Of a stretch of DNA of 64,000 nt, positions 30,006 through 40,498 are shown one piece after another (position 1 is the stretch's first letter; each line of letters opens with the position of its first letter). The notes below the pieces were generated by a model, which made no database searches, was not told the DNA's origin, and was given only the letters and a program-made list of their open reading frames with translations. The stretch lies in assembly GCA_021773295.1 (NCBI GenBank), contig JAJFKI010000097.1, forward strand, positions 2,508-66,507, in the 5' to 3' direction. This DNA is from Gammaproteobacteria bacterium. GTDB taxonomy: Bacteria > Pseudomonadota > Gammaproteobacteria > UBA1113. The position numbers and the translations under genes are program-made.

Positions 30006-31166
30006 CTAGCTTATAGCTTCCGTAAATGCGATGCCCCTGAAAAAAATGTGCACTAACGATAAAGCTGTAAAAATAAGCGCCACCAATGGCGTCACCCAAG
30101 AATGCTGCCCAGGAATAATCCAGCTCCCAATATTAGAAGCAAATAATATTGCTACTGCCAGTGCTACATAAACAGCACCATAAACCACTTGCCGCTTCAG
30201 CACAAAATAATATGCCGCAAAATAGCCAATCAATGGTGCTAAAATCGCGTAGGTATTATTTTCAGTGCGGGGATTAAAAAGCATTAAATAATTCATCGCT
30301 AACAGTAAAATCCAAAACGGCGCCTGCTCTTTAGGATATTTTCGCTTGCAATAATAAGCAATGGTCAAGGTTACAAAGGCTGCCACAATGCGCCAAATTC
30401 TTTGCTGTACTTGAGAAACATCCCAATGCACTTGCGCTAATACATTAAACAACTGCGCCCAGTGAGTACTCTCGCTACTCCCTACGTGAGATGCGATGTG
30501 CAACATATCCATGGCGGCATGATACTGTGACCACACATAGCCAGGATCTTGCGTCAAAAAAGGCATCATAAACAGTATCACCATGCCCAAGGCCACACGC
30601 CATAATAATCGAGGATAAAGCACCGCAAACAACAGGACCAATACAATACTAATTGGCTTTAAGGCAAAGGCTAACATTAAAAATAATGCCGTTTTATTCC
30701 ACTGTTTATTCACCAACATCGTCGTTGCTAAAAACATTAATGCTGCCATGATTAAATTCATTTGCCCATTACGCGCATCAGAAAACGCAATGGGTACTGC
30801 AATTAATGTCATGATAAAGAAAAACCGCTCACGGTATTGAAGGGGTACGAAATCTAAAAGCCGATAAATACCATAGGCAAATAAACTGACGGATAACAGG
30901 CACCAAACAATGATATTTGCAGGAATAGATACGCTAGCAAAGGGAATATAGAGAATGGCAGACTGCGGAAAATAAATAAAGCCTTTTCCATTGCCACTAT
31001 AAAGCGCCAAGCCATGCAACCAATGTAATGCGCCGCTGCGATAGGCGTGGGTAACACTTCGATGAAAATGGCCTGCCCAAGAGCTTGTGATGGCCGTAAT
31101 CATTAGGAGACACCACAATAACCAGGCTCGCTGCTTTACGATGAATTCACGCATTGCTTTTTTCAT
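30006..31166 (-). CDS. GT-C fold glycosyltransferase family 87 (DUF2029-like) membrane protein
   Basis: FIYFPQSAILY.PF, NGQMN, ALKP motifs and many TM segments. Confidence 0.75.
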   Translation of the reverse strand: MKKAMREFIVKQRAWLLWCLLMITAITSSWAGHFHRSVTHAYRSGALHWLHGLALYSGNGKGFIYFPQSAILYIPFASVSIPANIIVWCLLSVSLFAYGIYRLLDFVPLQYRERFFFIMTLIAVPIAFSDARNGQMNLIMAALMFLATTMLVNKQWNKTALFLMLAFALKPISIVLVLLFAVLYPRLLWRVALGMVILFMMPFLTQDPGYVWSQYHAAMDMLHIASHVGSSESTHWAQLFNVLAQVHWDVSQVQQRIWRIVAAFVTLTIAYYCKRKYPKEQAPFWILLLAMNYLMLFNPRTENNTYAILAPLIGYFAAYYFVLKRQVVYGAVYVALAVAILFASNIGSWIIPGQHSWVTPLVALIFTALSLVHIFFRGIAFTEAIS

Positions 31167-31213
31167 CTCTTATTCCCTTCAATAAAGCTTTTAAACAACA
31201 TCGCAATGCGAAT

Positions 31214-31337
31214 GTAGGGGCAGTTCGCGAAGCGCCCTCTAAATGTTGCTATTTCTCATATACGATTATTTAGCACTGTCCTAAAGAAAATAATCAGCAC
31301 CAAATTTACAGCAGGGCGGTTCGCGAACCGCCCCTAC
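31214..31337. repeat. Inverted pair of GTAG-type REP sequences (BIME-like)
   Basis: GTAGGGGCAGTTCGCGAAGCGCCCT (31214-31238) and AGGGCGGTTCGCGAACCGCCCCTAC (31313-31337) in opposite orientation. Confidence 0.8.
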
Positions 31338-31342
31338 AAAAA

Positions 31343-31789
31343 TTACGCCTCAACGACATTTAGCTTAACAGTAGCCGTCACATCCGTATGCAGCGCTAAC
31401 ACAATATCATGCTCACCTGTTTGGCGAATTGGACCTTCAGGTAATTGTATTTCACTCTTTTCAATTTCATGGCCGGCAGCAGCAAGTGCATCTGCCACTT
31501 CGCGGACATTGATAGAGCCATAAAGCTTACCTTCATCCGCAGACTGTGCTGCAATTGTCACAGCAACATCTACAAGCTTCTCAGCACGCGCTTGTGCTTT
31601 AGCTAATAACTCTGTTGCAGCTTTTTCTAATTCAGCTCGCTTTGCTTCAAAATCTACTAAATTTTCTTTAGTAGCCGCTAACGCTTTGCCATAGGGAATT
31701 AAGTAATTACGACCGTAGCCTGCTCGCACCTCAACTTTATCACCAAGGCTGCCAACATTACGGATTTTTTCTAATAAAATAACTTCCAT
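31343..31789 (-). CDS. rplI: 50S ribosomal protein L9
   Basis: [24 protein letters not shown]. Confidence 0.98.
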   Translation of the reverse strand: MEVILLEKIRNVGSLGDKVEVRAGYGRNYLIPYGKALAATKENLVDFEAKRAELEKAATELLAKAQARAEKLVDVAVTIAAQSADEGKLYGSINVREVADALAAAGHEIEKSEIQLPEGPIRQTGEHDIVLALHTDVTATVKLNVVEA

Positions 31790-31804
31790 CGTTTTGCCCT
31801 CGAC

Positions 31805-32029
31805 TTATTTATGGTGATCACAGTATGGTAACAAGGCAAGATAACGCGCGCGCTTGATAGCCATGGCTAATCGGCGCTGATACTTTGCTTGCACCCCAGT
31901 AATACGGCTTGGGACCATTCTACCGGATTCGGTTAAAAACCTTTTTAAAAGACCAATGTCTTTGTAGTCAATCTCTTTTGACTCGCCATTGGTGAAAGGA
32001 CAAAATTTTCGATTACGTCGACTTATCAT
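31805..32029 (-). CDS. rpsR: 30S ribosomal protein S18
   Basis: [34 protein letters not shown]. Confidence 0.98.
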   Translation of the reverse strand: MISRRNRKFCPFTNGESKEIDYKDIGLLKRFLTESGRMVPSRITGVQAKYQRRLAMAIKRARYLALLPYCDHHK

Positions 32030-32042
32030 CGTTCACTCCTAC

Positions 32043-32570
32043 TTACTGTTGCTCTTGGGTCATTTCTTCAGCTGGTGGCGCCTGTCTGGAACCACGATCA
32101 CCGCGCTCACTGCGATCACCACGCTCACCGCGCTCACCACGATCACCGCGATCACCGCGCTCACCACGATCACCACGATCACCGCGCTCACCACGATCAC
32201 CGCGCTCACCACGATCACCGCGCTCACCACGATCACCGCGCTCACGCTCATCTTTGGGTTTCATCATTGAAGATGGCTCAGTGATGGCTTCTTTTTCACG
32301 GCTAATCATGTGACGCAATACCGCATCATTAAAGCGGAAAATATTGGCTAATTCATTCATAACTTCTTGATCAGACTCAACATTCATTAACACGTAGTGT
32401 GCTTTGTGAACTTTATTGATTTGGTAGGCTAGTTGCCGACGGCCCCAATCTTCTAAGCGATTAATTTTACCTTTTTTGGTTTCGATCATGCCTTTATAGC
32501 GTTCAATCATGCCTGGTACTTGCTCAGATTGATCGGGATGTACTAGAAATACGATTTCATAATGTCGCAT
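32043..32570 (-). CDS. rpsF: 30S ribosomal protein S6 with long RGD/RGE-repeat tail
   Basis: [37 protein letters not shown]. Confidence 0.98.
   Translation of the reverse strand: MRHYEIVFLVHPDQSEQVPGMIERYKGMIETKKGKINRLEDWGRRQLAYQINKVHKAHYVLMNVESDQEVMNELANIFRFNDAVLRHMISREKEAITEPSSMMKPKDERERGDRGERGDRGERGDRGERGDRGDRGERGDRGDRGERGERGDRSERGDRGSRQAPPAEEMTQEQQ
32088..32240 (-). repeat. 17 x 9-bp coding tandem repeat (R-G-D/E) in rpsF
   Basis: Units cgYggtgaK encode RGD x9, RGE x6, RSE x1, RGS x1. Confidence 0.95.
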
Positions 32571-32576
32571 TATAGA

Positions 32577-32624
32577 CTCCTTACGGTTTAAACAGCTTTT
32601 AGGCCTATCCTAAAAGCAAGGAAG
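32577..32624 (-). promoter_or_regulatory. S6:S18 ribosomal protein leader (autoregulatory mRNA structure)
   Basis: Minus strand TCCTTG...gcttttagg/cctaaaagc hairpin...CCG-TAAGGAG: an anti-SD pairs with the SD, with an unpaired CCG, as in the known S6:S18-binding leader. Confidence 0.75.
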
Positions 32625-32696
32625 CGAGGCATTGTAGGGGAGAATGGCTGAAAATGCAACAAATCGTAGCACAAAACTATATTTTGTAATGTTGGT

Positions 32697-33440
32697 TTAA
32701 CTTAAACCAACTCGTTGCCGCACCACCTCAAAGAGGCTGATGCCGGTAGCGACTGATACATTGAGGCTATCCACATAGCCTTGCATGGGTAATGACACGA
32801 GATCATCGCATTTAGTTTTGGTAAGCTGGCGTAAGCCTTTGCCTTCGGCGCCTACTACTAGGGCAATGGAGCCTTTGAAGTCTATATCATAGAGGGTTTG
32901 CTTGGCTTCGCCAGCCAAGCCGTAAATCCAGATGCCTTGCTGTTGTAAGGATTCGATGGTTCTGGCGATGTTGGTGACTTGAAAAAAGGGGACGGTTTCA
33001 GCGGCGCCGCAGGCGACTTTTCTCACGGTGGGTGTGATAGAAACCGCTTTATCTTTAGGAACTACCACTGCATCAACGCCAGCGGCATCGGCACTGCGTA
33101 AACATGCTCCTAAATTATGAGGATCTTGCACGCCATCTAATATCAAAATAAAAGCTGGTTTTGTTAATTGCTCTAAGACATCATCAACCGTTTCATACGA
33201 TTGTTTCTGGGATGAAAGTTGCAACACAACTCCTTGGTGATTCGCACCAGCACTCATGTCATCTAATTGTTGCCGCGATAAAGACTCTGCCGATACACCC
33301 GCTTTCTTTGCTAAAGATACGAGTGATTGTATGGATTTATCCTTACGATTATTTAACACAAATAATCGATTCACTGCTTGGGGAGTTTTTTCAAGGCAGG
33401 CTTTCGCGCTGTGGATCCCAAAAACATAATTCAGTGTCAT
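32697..33440 (-). CDS. rlmB: 23S rRNA Gm2251 methyltransferase RlmB
   Basis: HQGVV, LDGVQDPHNLGACLRSA, GAEGKGLR, SLNVSVATG; follows rnr. Confidence 0.97.
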   Translation of the reverse strand: MTLNYVFGIHSAKACLEKTPQAVNRLFVLNNRKDKSIQSLVSLAKKAGVSAESLSRQQLDDMSAGANHQGVVLQLSSQKQSYETVDDVLEQLTKPAFILILDGVQDPHNLGACLRSADAAGVDAVVVPKDKAVSITPTVRKVACGAAETVPFFQVTNIARTIESLQQQGIWIYGLAGEAKQTLYDIDFKGSIALVVGAEGKGLRQLTKTKCDDLVSLPMQGYVDSLNVSVATGISLFEVVRQRVGLS

Positions 33441-35638
33441 CGTTTTTTTCTGCCGGGCTTTGGTGCCGTTACTAATTCGAAATCAATTTTACGCTCATCG
33501 AGATTGACGCTGATAACTCTCACTTTTAAAGGATCCCCTAACTGAAAACGCACACCGGAGCGTTCGCCAATGAGTTGGTGCCGCACGGCATCAAAATGAT
33601 AATAATCATTTGTCAGTGAAGTCACGTGCACTAAGCCTTCGACAAAAATATCTTTTAATGCCACAAAAACACCAAACCCGGTGACGCCAGTAATAATACC
33701 TTCAAATTCTTCTCCGAGCTTATCTTGCATGTATTCGCATTTGAGCCAATCGATCACATCACGTGTGGCATCATCTGCGCGGCGCTCACTCATGGAACAG
33801 TGTCCACAGTATTGGCCAATTTTTTCTTCGCTATAATAAAAGTCTTTTGCCTTGCCACCGGTGATGAGATGTTTAATCGCACGGTGGACTAATAAATCTG
33901 GATAACGCCGAATGGGTGAAGTGAAATGCGTATAAGCCTCATAGGCCAAACCAAAATGTCCTTGGTTTTCTGGATGATAAACTGCTTGTGAAAGAGATCG
34001 TAACAATACGGTTTGTATCATGCTAAAGTCCGGACGTTTAGCAATTTTTTCAATCACTATCGCATAATCTTGTGGTCCAGGTTCAGAACCACCCCCCAAA
34101 TTTAAACCGAGTTCACTCAAGAATTGTCTCAAGCCTGCTAACTTATCCGCATCGGGGCCACCATGAATCCGGTATAAGCCCGCAATTTTATGTTTTAATA
34201 AAAACTGTGCCGCACAGACGTTTGCGGTTAACATGCACTCTTCAATGAGTTTGTGTGCATCATTGCGCTGTGTCGGAACGATTTTATCAATTTTGCCATT
34301 ATCATCGAACATAATCCGAGTCTCAGGCACATCGAAATCTAAAGCACCGCGGTTTTGTCGATGTTTGTGAAGAATTTTATATAAAGCATATAAGTCTTCT
34401 AAGTGTGGATAAACTTTTTGGTATTTATTAATTAAGTCTTTATCCTTATCCACTAACATTGCCGCTACTTGATTGTAGGTCAAGCGCGCCCTGGATTGCA
34501 TCAGCGCTTCATAAAATTGGAAATTTTGAATTTTACCCCGTGTCGATAAGCTAATATCACACACCATACACAAACGTTCCACTTTGGGATTTAAAGAACA
34601 TAAACCATTGGATAATTGTTCGGGTAACATAGGGATAACGCGCTGAGGAAAATAAACAGAATTACCGCGATTAGCTGCTTCATCATCTAGCACACTGCCC
34701 ACTTCCACATAAGCTGACACATCTGCAATGGCGACAATCAAGCGCCATCCATTTTTTTGTTTTTCGCAATAGACCGCGTCATCAAAATCTTTTGCATCGG
34801 CGCCATCAATGGTGACTAAGGGTAAGGTCTTAATATCCTTACGCCCGTTTTTCGCGCTCGTGCTTACCTTAGTCGGAATATTTGGAATTTCTGCTTGTAC
34901 GGCTTCGGGCCATTCGTAAGGGATCCCATGTCCGCGTAGTGCAATATCAATTTCCATACCTGGATCCATATGTTCACCTAGCACATCAACAATTTTCCCC
35001 ACGGGACATGATCGTGCTGAGGGTTGTGAAATAATATCTACCGTGACAATTTGCCCTACCTTGGCGCCTAAAGTATCTGAGGGTAAGATTAAAATATCTT
35101 GTGTGAATTGCTTACCTTCAGGCGTGGCAAACGCTACGCCTTCATGCAGCACAAAGCGACCGACTAATTGTGTGGTGTTACGCTCTAGAACTTCAACAAT
35201 AGCACCTTCATCGCGGCCTTTATGATCTTTACCTTTAACCCGCACCATGACTCTATCACCATGAAAGACTTTGCGCATTTGCCTAGCGGCTAAGAAAATA
35301 TCGTCACCACCTTTATCCGGCATCAAAAATCCAAAACCATCACGATGAGCAATAATGCGCCCTGGGATTAAATCCATTTTATTGGCAATCCCATAGTGCT
35401 TTTTGCGATTGAAAATTAATTGGCCATCACGACACATGGCTTTTAGACGGCGCGACAAGGCTTCTACTTGTTCATCATCATCACCGATATCTAAATGCTT
35501 AGCGATTTGTTGGTAACTCAATGTTTGTTTCGATTCACTCAACACCTGGAGAATATATTCGCGACTAGGGATTGGATTGGAATATTTTTGTGCTTCTCTG
35601 TCAGCGTAGGGATCTTTTCGTTGTTTTTTCTTTCCCAC
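33437..35638 (-). CDS. rnr: Ribonuclease R
   Basis: TIDGADAKDFDDA, HFTSPIRRYPDL, C-terminal S1 domain. Start placed at GTG 35638 (AAGGA RBS); exact start uncertain. Confidence 0.96.
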   Translation of the reverse strand: MGKKKQRKDPYADREAQKYSNPIPSREYILQVLSESKQTLSYQQIAKHLDIGDDDEQVEALSRRLKAMCRDGQLIFNRKKHYGIANKMDLIPGRIIAHRDGFGFLMPDKGGDDIFLAARQMRKVFHGDRVMVRVKGKDHKGRDEGAIVEVLERNTTQLVGRFVLHEGVAFATPEGKQFTQDILILPSDTLGAKVGQIVTVDIISQPSARSCPVGKIVDVLGEHMDPGMEIDIALRGHGIPYEWPEAVQAEIPNIPTKVSTSAKNGRKDIKTLPLVTIDGADAKDFDDAVYCEKQKNGWRLIVAIADVSAYVEVGSVLDDEAANRGNSVYFPQRVIPMLPEQLSNGLCSLNPKVERLCMVCDISLSTRGKIQNFQFYEALMQSRARLTYNQVAAMLVDKDKDLINKYQKVYPHLEDLYALYKILHKHRQNRGALDFDVPETRIMFDDNGKIDKIVPTQRNDAHKLIEECMLTANVCAAQFLLKHKIAGLYRIHGGPDADKLAGLRQFLSELGLNLGGGSEPGPQDYAIVIEKIAKRPDFSMIQTVLLRSLSQAVYHPENQGHFGLAYEAYTHFTSPIRRYPDLLVHRAIKHLITGGKAKDFYYSEEKIGQYCGHCSMSERRADDATRDVIDWLKCEYMQDKLGEEFEGIITGVTGFGVFVALKDIFVEGLVHVTSLTNDYYHFDAVRHQLIGERSGVRFQLGDPLKVRVISVNLDERKIDFELVTAPKPGRKKR

Positions 35639-35810
35639 CTTTGGTTTCCTTTTTTGAGCAACTGCTATACTTGCGGTTACATGCTTAATTCGTACGTTTT
35701 CTACCTCGGCAATCCTTGCCAGTAATAGAGTATAGTATAGCGTCTTTTGGCATGACGATTGCAAAATCTATTTGACTGTTTAACGACCATAACACACATG
35801 AGGGGGTAAC

Positions 35811-36074
35811 ATGTTAAAACGAACAGGATTGGTACTGATAACGCTGGCGGCCAGTGTAACATTGGCAGCTTGTGATAGCTATACAGTGCATGATTACAAC
35901 GATCCTGGTTCACCCAGTATTTCAACACATGCTGGCAACCGCGATTCTATCTGCCGTAAATTAGCAAGAGAACTAGGTTATAATGGCCACAACAACTATG
36001 ATGAAATGTACAAAAGCAGCCCAAGCAAGTACAAGAAAGTGCAAAGCTTTAAAGCCCATGGCTGTGATAAATAA
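35811..36074 (+). CDS. Small hypothetical lipoprotein
   Basis: Lipobox LAAC after a hydrophobic signal; GAGGGGG RBS; two further Cys residues. Confidence 0.75.
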   Translation: MLKRTGLVLITLAASVTLAACDSYTVHDYNDPGSPSISTHAGNRDSICRKLARELGYNGHNNYDEMYKSSPSKYKKVQSFKAHGCDK

Positions 36075-36103
36075 AAAAATGGCCGTAGCTCACGCTACGG
36101 CCA
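36073..36103 (-). terminator. Rho-independent terminator with U-tract on the minus strand
   Basis: 10-bp stem TGGCCGTAGC/GCTACGGCCA; T7 follows only on the minus strand. Confidence 0.8.
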
Positions 36104-36212
36104 ATTCAAGAGAACGGAAACTTTAAGCTAACATCCCCCCTATATCTTTATTCTGTCATTTAATAATTTGTCTGTCCCACACATCGATAATCTAACGAAT
36201 CTTTCAGTTGCT

Positions 36213-36245
36213 ACTTTAGGAAATAAACATTAACGGAACATTAAG
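36213..36245 (-). promoter_or_regulatory. PmrA-type direct repeat plus -10 element
   Basis: Minus strand CTTAATGTT-cc-GTTAATGTT-N7-TAAAGT; resembles the cTTAATatT tandem element of the Legionella/Coxiella PmrA regulon. Confidence 0.6.
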
Positions 36246-36450
36246 GATTTTTTTTATTTTGAAAATTTTTAAAATTAATTTTATTTTGTATAAAATTTTT
36301 CTAGAAACCCCATCACATTGTCCACTATTAAAACAACCCCCGCATGTTTAGATAAAAACATGAACAACAAAACTGATTTAAAATGAACTAAAAAAATCTT
36401 ACAGAAAAAATTCGCCCTGTTGTTACCCCAGAATGCGGTGGGGGTATTCA

Positions 36451-36479
36451 TTGACAAAGTGACAAGGCATTATTAAAGT
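36451..36479 (+). promoter_or_regulatory. Sigma70 promoter of tRNA-Leu
   Basis: TTGACA-17 nt-TAAAGT, ending 9 nt before the tRNA. Confidence 0.8.
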
Positions 36480-36488
36480 GACCGGCAA

Positions 36489-36572
36489 GCCGAGGTGGTG
36501 GAATTGGTAGACACGCAAGCTTCAGATGCTTGTGGGGGCAACCCCGTGGAGGTTCAAGTCCTCTCCTCGGCA
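36489..36572 (+). tRNA. tRNA-Leu(CAG), CCA not encoded
   Basis: Acceptor stem GCCGAGG/CCTCGGC, D-loop GGAATTGGTAGAC, anticodon arm CAAGC-TTCAGAT-GCTTG, long variable arm, GGTTCAAGTCC T-arm. Confidence 0.97.
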
Positions 36573-36591
36573 AATCTAACGTAGCAAATTA

Positions 36592-37893
<1,302 letters not shown>

Positions 37894-38094
37894 CTACAAA
37901 ACAAATTGATGAATAACCACCACGATAGCCATGCCTACTAACATACACACAAACCCCGTGATTCTGATGCTTTTATCCGTCTGCTGAGCTAAGGATTGCA
38001 CAAACTGCCGCCAACGATCGGGTGACAAGAAGGGTAACACCCCTTCTAAGACCAACATTAACCCTAATGCCATGAACAATAACTTCCAACTCAT
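37894..38094 (-). CDS. DUF2065 (YjeT-like) small membrane protein
   Basis: ALGLMLVLEGVLPFLSP..WR; conserved position between hflC and purA. Confidence 0.9.
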   Translation of the reverse strand: MSWKLLFMALGLMLVLEGVLPFLSPDRWRQFVQSLAQQTDKSIRITGFVCMLVGMAIVVVIHQFVL

Positions 38095-38243
38095 TGCCTA
38101 ACCTTAATTAACGCCAAACAGCGATGAGTATAGTACCCGAAGGCTGACGTTTTGTCATCCATGAACATTAGGTTAATAATAAAATCGTTGAAAACTTAGT
38201 GGTATGTTACGGATTATCCAACATGCTATCTAACAAAAACATA

Positions 38244-38266
38244 AGGGCGGTTCGAGAACCGCCCCT
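38244..38266. repeat. Single REP-like palindrome (same family as 31214-31337)
   Basis: AGGGCGGTTCGAGAACCGCCCCT. Confidence 0.75.
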
Positions 38267-38318
38267 GTGCCACCCTTCCTGAGGTGAAGTTACTTCCCTA
38301 AAAAGAGGAAGAAAGAAA

Positions 38319-39224
38319 CTAAGATTTTTTGTTCTTGCTGCTGCCTGTTGCATTATTGAAATAGCGTAAGAAATCACTCTCCGGCGTTAGCAATAAGATA
38401 TCGTCTTTGGTATTAAACGTTTGCGCATAGGCTTGCATGCTACGATAGAAGGCATAAAACTCTGGGTTTTTGTTATAAGCCTCAGCATAGATTTTTGCAG
38501 CATGCTTATCACCACCGGCTCGGGTTTTATTGGCAGTCGCATTTGCTTGGGCCACAATGATAGTGGACTTGGCATCAGCTTGGGCGCGGATAGCTTCGCC
38601 TTCTGCTCTACCTTTAGCGCGTAACTCTGTCGCCACTTTGAAACGCTCAGCGCGCATTCTTTCAAAGACAGAGCCACTTACTTCCTCAGGCAAATCAATT
38701 CCTTTAATCCGCACATCAACCACTTTAATCCCTAAACCTTCAGCGCCTTTTTTGGCTTGTTGTTTTAGAGCATGCATGATAGCAAGTCTGTCGTCCGAAA
38801 CAACCTCGCTAATGGTGCGAAGACCAAACTGCGCTCGCAGAGCATCATTGAGTTGTTGTTCCAATAAGGTTTCAGCTTCTTGGGAATTACCACTGGTACG
38901 TTTGTAGTACAAAGGTACATCGGAAATTTCCCAACGCACATAGTAATCGGCAATCACATTCTTTTTATTCACCGTCACAATGGGCGATGATTTGATGTCT
39001 AAGTTTTGTAAACGCACATCGAAGGTTTTTACCGTATCGAGAAATGGCATTTTCAAGTGCAGACCTGGCCCTGCCACGAAGGTTTGGCCGTTACTTTGTT
39101 GGCGCAATTTACCCAGTCTTAAAACCAGACTACGGCTACCTTCCGTCACGGTAAACAAACTCGAAAAAAGAACGAGTAACGCCAGCAGGGCAACGATTAA
39201 TATAAATTTAACTTTAACTGACAT
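38319..39224 (-). CDS. hflC: Protease modulator HflC
   Basis: SPFH domain, PGLHLKMPF, RMRAER, PEFYAFYRSMQAY. Confidence 0.96.
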   Translation of the reverse strand: MSVKVKFILIVALLALLVLFSSLFTVTEGSRSLVLRLGKLRQQSNGQTFVAGPGLHLKMPFLDTVKTFDVRLQNLDIKSSPIVTVNKKNVIADYYVRWEISDVPLYYKRTSGNSQEAETLLEQQLNDALRAQFGLRTISEVVSDDRLAIMHALKQQAKKGAEGLGIKVVDVRIKGIDLPEEVSGSVFERMRAERFKVATELRAKGRAEGEAIRAQADAKSTIIVAQANATANKTRAGGDKHAAKIYAEAYNKNPEFYAFYRSMQAYAQTFNTKDDILLLTPESDFLRYFNNATGSSKNKKS

Positions 39225-39226
39225 GC

Positions 39227-40420
39227 TTATCCCCCTCGCCCAGTTCTTTCAGAAAATCGTGATGGATGCAATGAGTAATAATTTTTGGAAGTATCACTAC
39301 TGCTCGTTGTCGTGGATGTGTTTTGCGGTAATAACGGCGGTTGCGCTCCAGTAACATTGCCGCTATTGATTTGCGACAATAGTTGTTGCAAAGGCAGACC
39401 TAGGATCAAATTACTCCCCTTTTGCTCATCAATAAAGATTTTACTAGTGCGAGATAAGACATTTTGAATCGCACCGATGTAGATACGTTCACGAGTCACT
39501 TGTGGCGCTTGCTGGAATTGCGGCAAGACGGCTAAGTAACGCGCTGTTTCACCTTGAGAGTTCAACACGACTTTACCTTTATACGCTTGGGCATCTGCCA
39601 GCAAACGTTTTTGTTGTCCAACCGCCCTTGCAACTTTTTGCTCAAGATACGCTTGCGCTTGGTTAATGAAACGCTCTCTATCTTGCTCGGCTTTAATAGC
39701 GTCATCAAAGGCTTCTTTTACTTGCTCTGGTGCTTTTGCTGGTTGCAAAGAAACATTAGTGACCCCAATACCTGCCTGGTATTGCGCTAATATCTTTTCT
39801 AATTGCACCTGCGTTTGTTGCCTGACCACTTCACGACCTGAGGTTAAGACTTCATCTAAGGTTGAATTACCAATGACTTGACGCAAAGCACTCGCGGTTG
39901 CTTCTTGCAAACTGACAATCGGATTGATGACTTTGAATAAGAAATCATTCAGGTTGTTGATTCGGTACTGTACCGATACAGTGACTGTGACAATGTTTTC
40001 ATCTTTAGTCAGCATGTTAGCGGTGTATGTGTAGGAGTAAATTTTTTGCACGTCGACTTTATACACTGAGTCAATAAAACGCGGTGCCCAGTGTGGACCT
40101 TCACCCACGGTTTTAGAGTATTTACCAAATCGTAACACCACCGCTTCTTGCGCTGGTTTGACAATATAAATACCAGAGAGAATCCAAATGGCCAAAATGG
40201 CGATAATAATGGCAATACCGGAAAAAGACATGGCTTTGGGCGAGGGCCCTTCGCCATCACCGCCCGTGTCACTACCTTTACCATTACCACCCATCACTTG
40301 ATCGAGTTTTTTTTGTAGGTTTTTTAACATTTTATCCAACTCAGGCGGACCCTGGTTTTTTCGTGGACGACCCCATGGATCTTTATCGTTATTATCCCCA
40401 CCCGGTTCGTTCCAGGCCAT
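39227..40420 (-). CDS. hflK: Protease modulator HflK
   Basis: MAWNEPG, DPWG, GPPELD, MLTKDENIV, AFDDAIKA. Confidence 0.97.
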   Translation of the reverse strand: MAWNEPGGDNNDKDPWGRPRKNQGPPELDKMLKNLQKKLDQVMGGNGKGSDTGGDGEGPSPKAMSFSGIAIIIAILAIWILSGIYIVKPAQEAVVLRFGKYSKTVGEGPHWAPRFIDSVYKVDVQKIYSYTYTANMLTKDENIVTVTVSVQYRINNLNDFLFKVINPIVSLQEATASALRQVIGNSTLDEVLTSGREVVRQQTQVQLEKILAQYQAGIGVTNVSLQPAKAPEQVKEAFDDAIKAEQDRERFINQAQAYLEQKVARAVGQQKRLLADAQAYKGKVVLNSQGETARYLAVLPQFQQAPQVTRERIYIGAIQNVLSRTSKIFIDEQKGSNLILGLPLQQLLSQINSGNVTGAQPPLLPQNTSTTTSSSDTSKNYYSLHPSRFSERTGRGG

Positions 40421-40498
40421 GTTGTTCTCCTGTCAAATAAAAAAATGATAGGTACCATCTTAGGGCACTCGCTACTGTCTGGCAACTGTCTCGCTCAT

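Noticed and set aside
32060-32284. ORF-track peptides with VIV/SAV, HHDHRA and TITAL repeats; repeat array considered as a CRISPR
   Set aside because: They are alternative-frame readings of the 9-bp rpsF coding repeat. There are no unique spacers and no cas genes.
36110-36207. CsrA-sequestering RsmY/Z-type identity for the candidate sRNA
   Set aside because: Only two GGA motifs in the predicted transcript, too few for that class.
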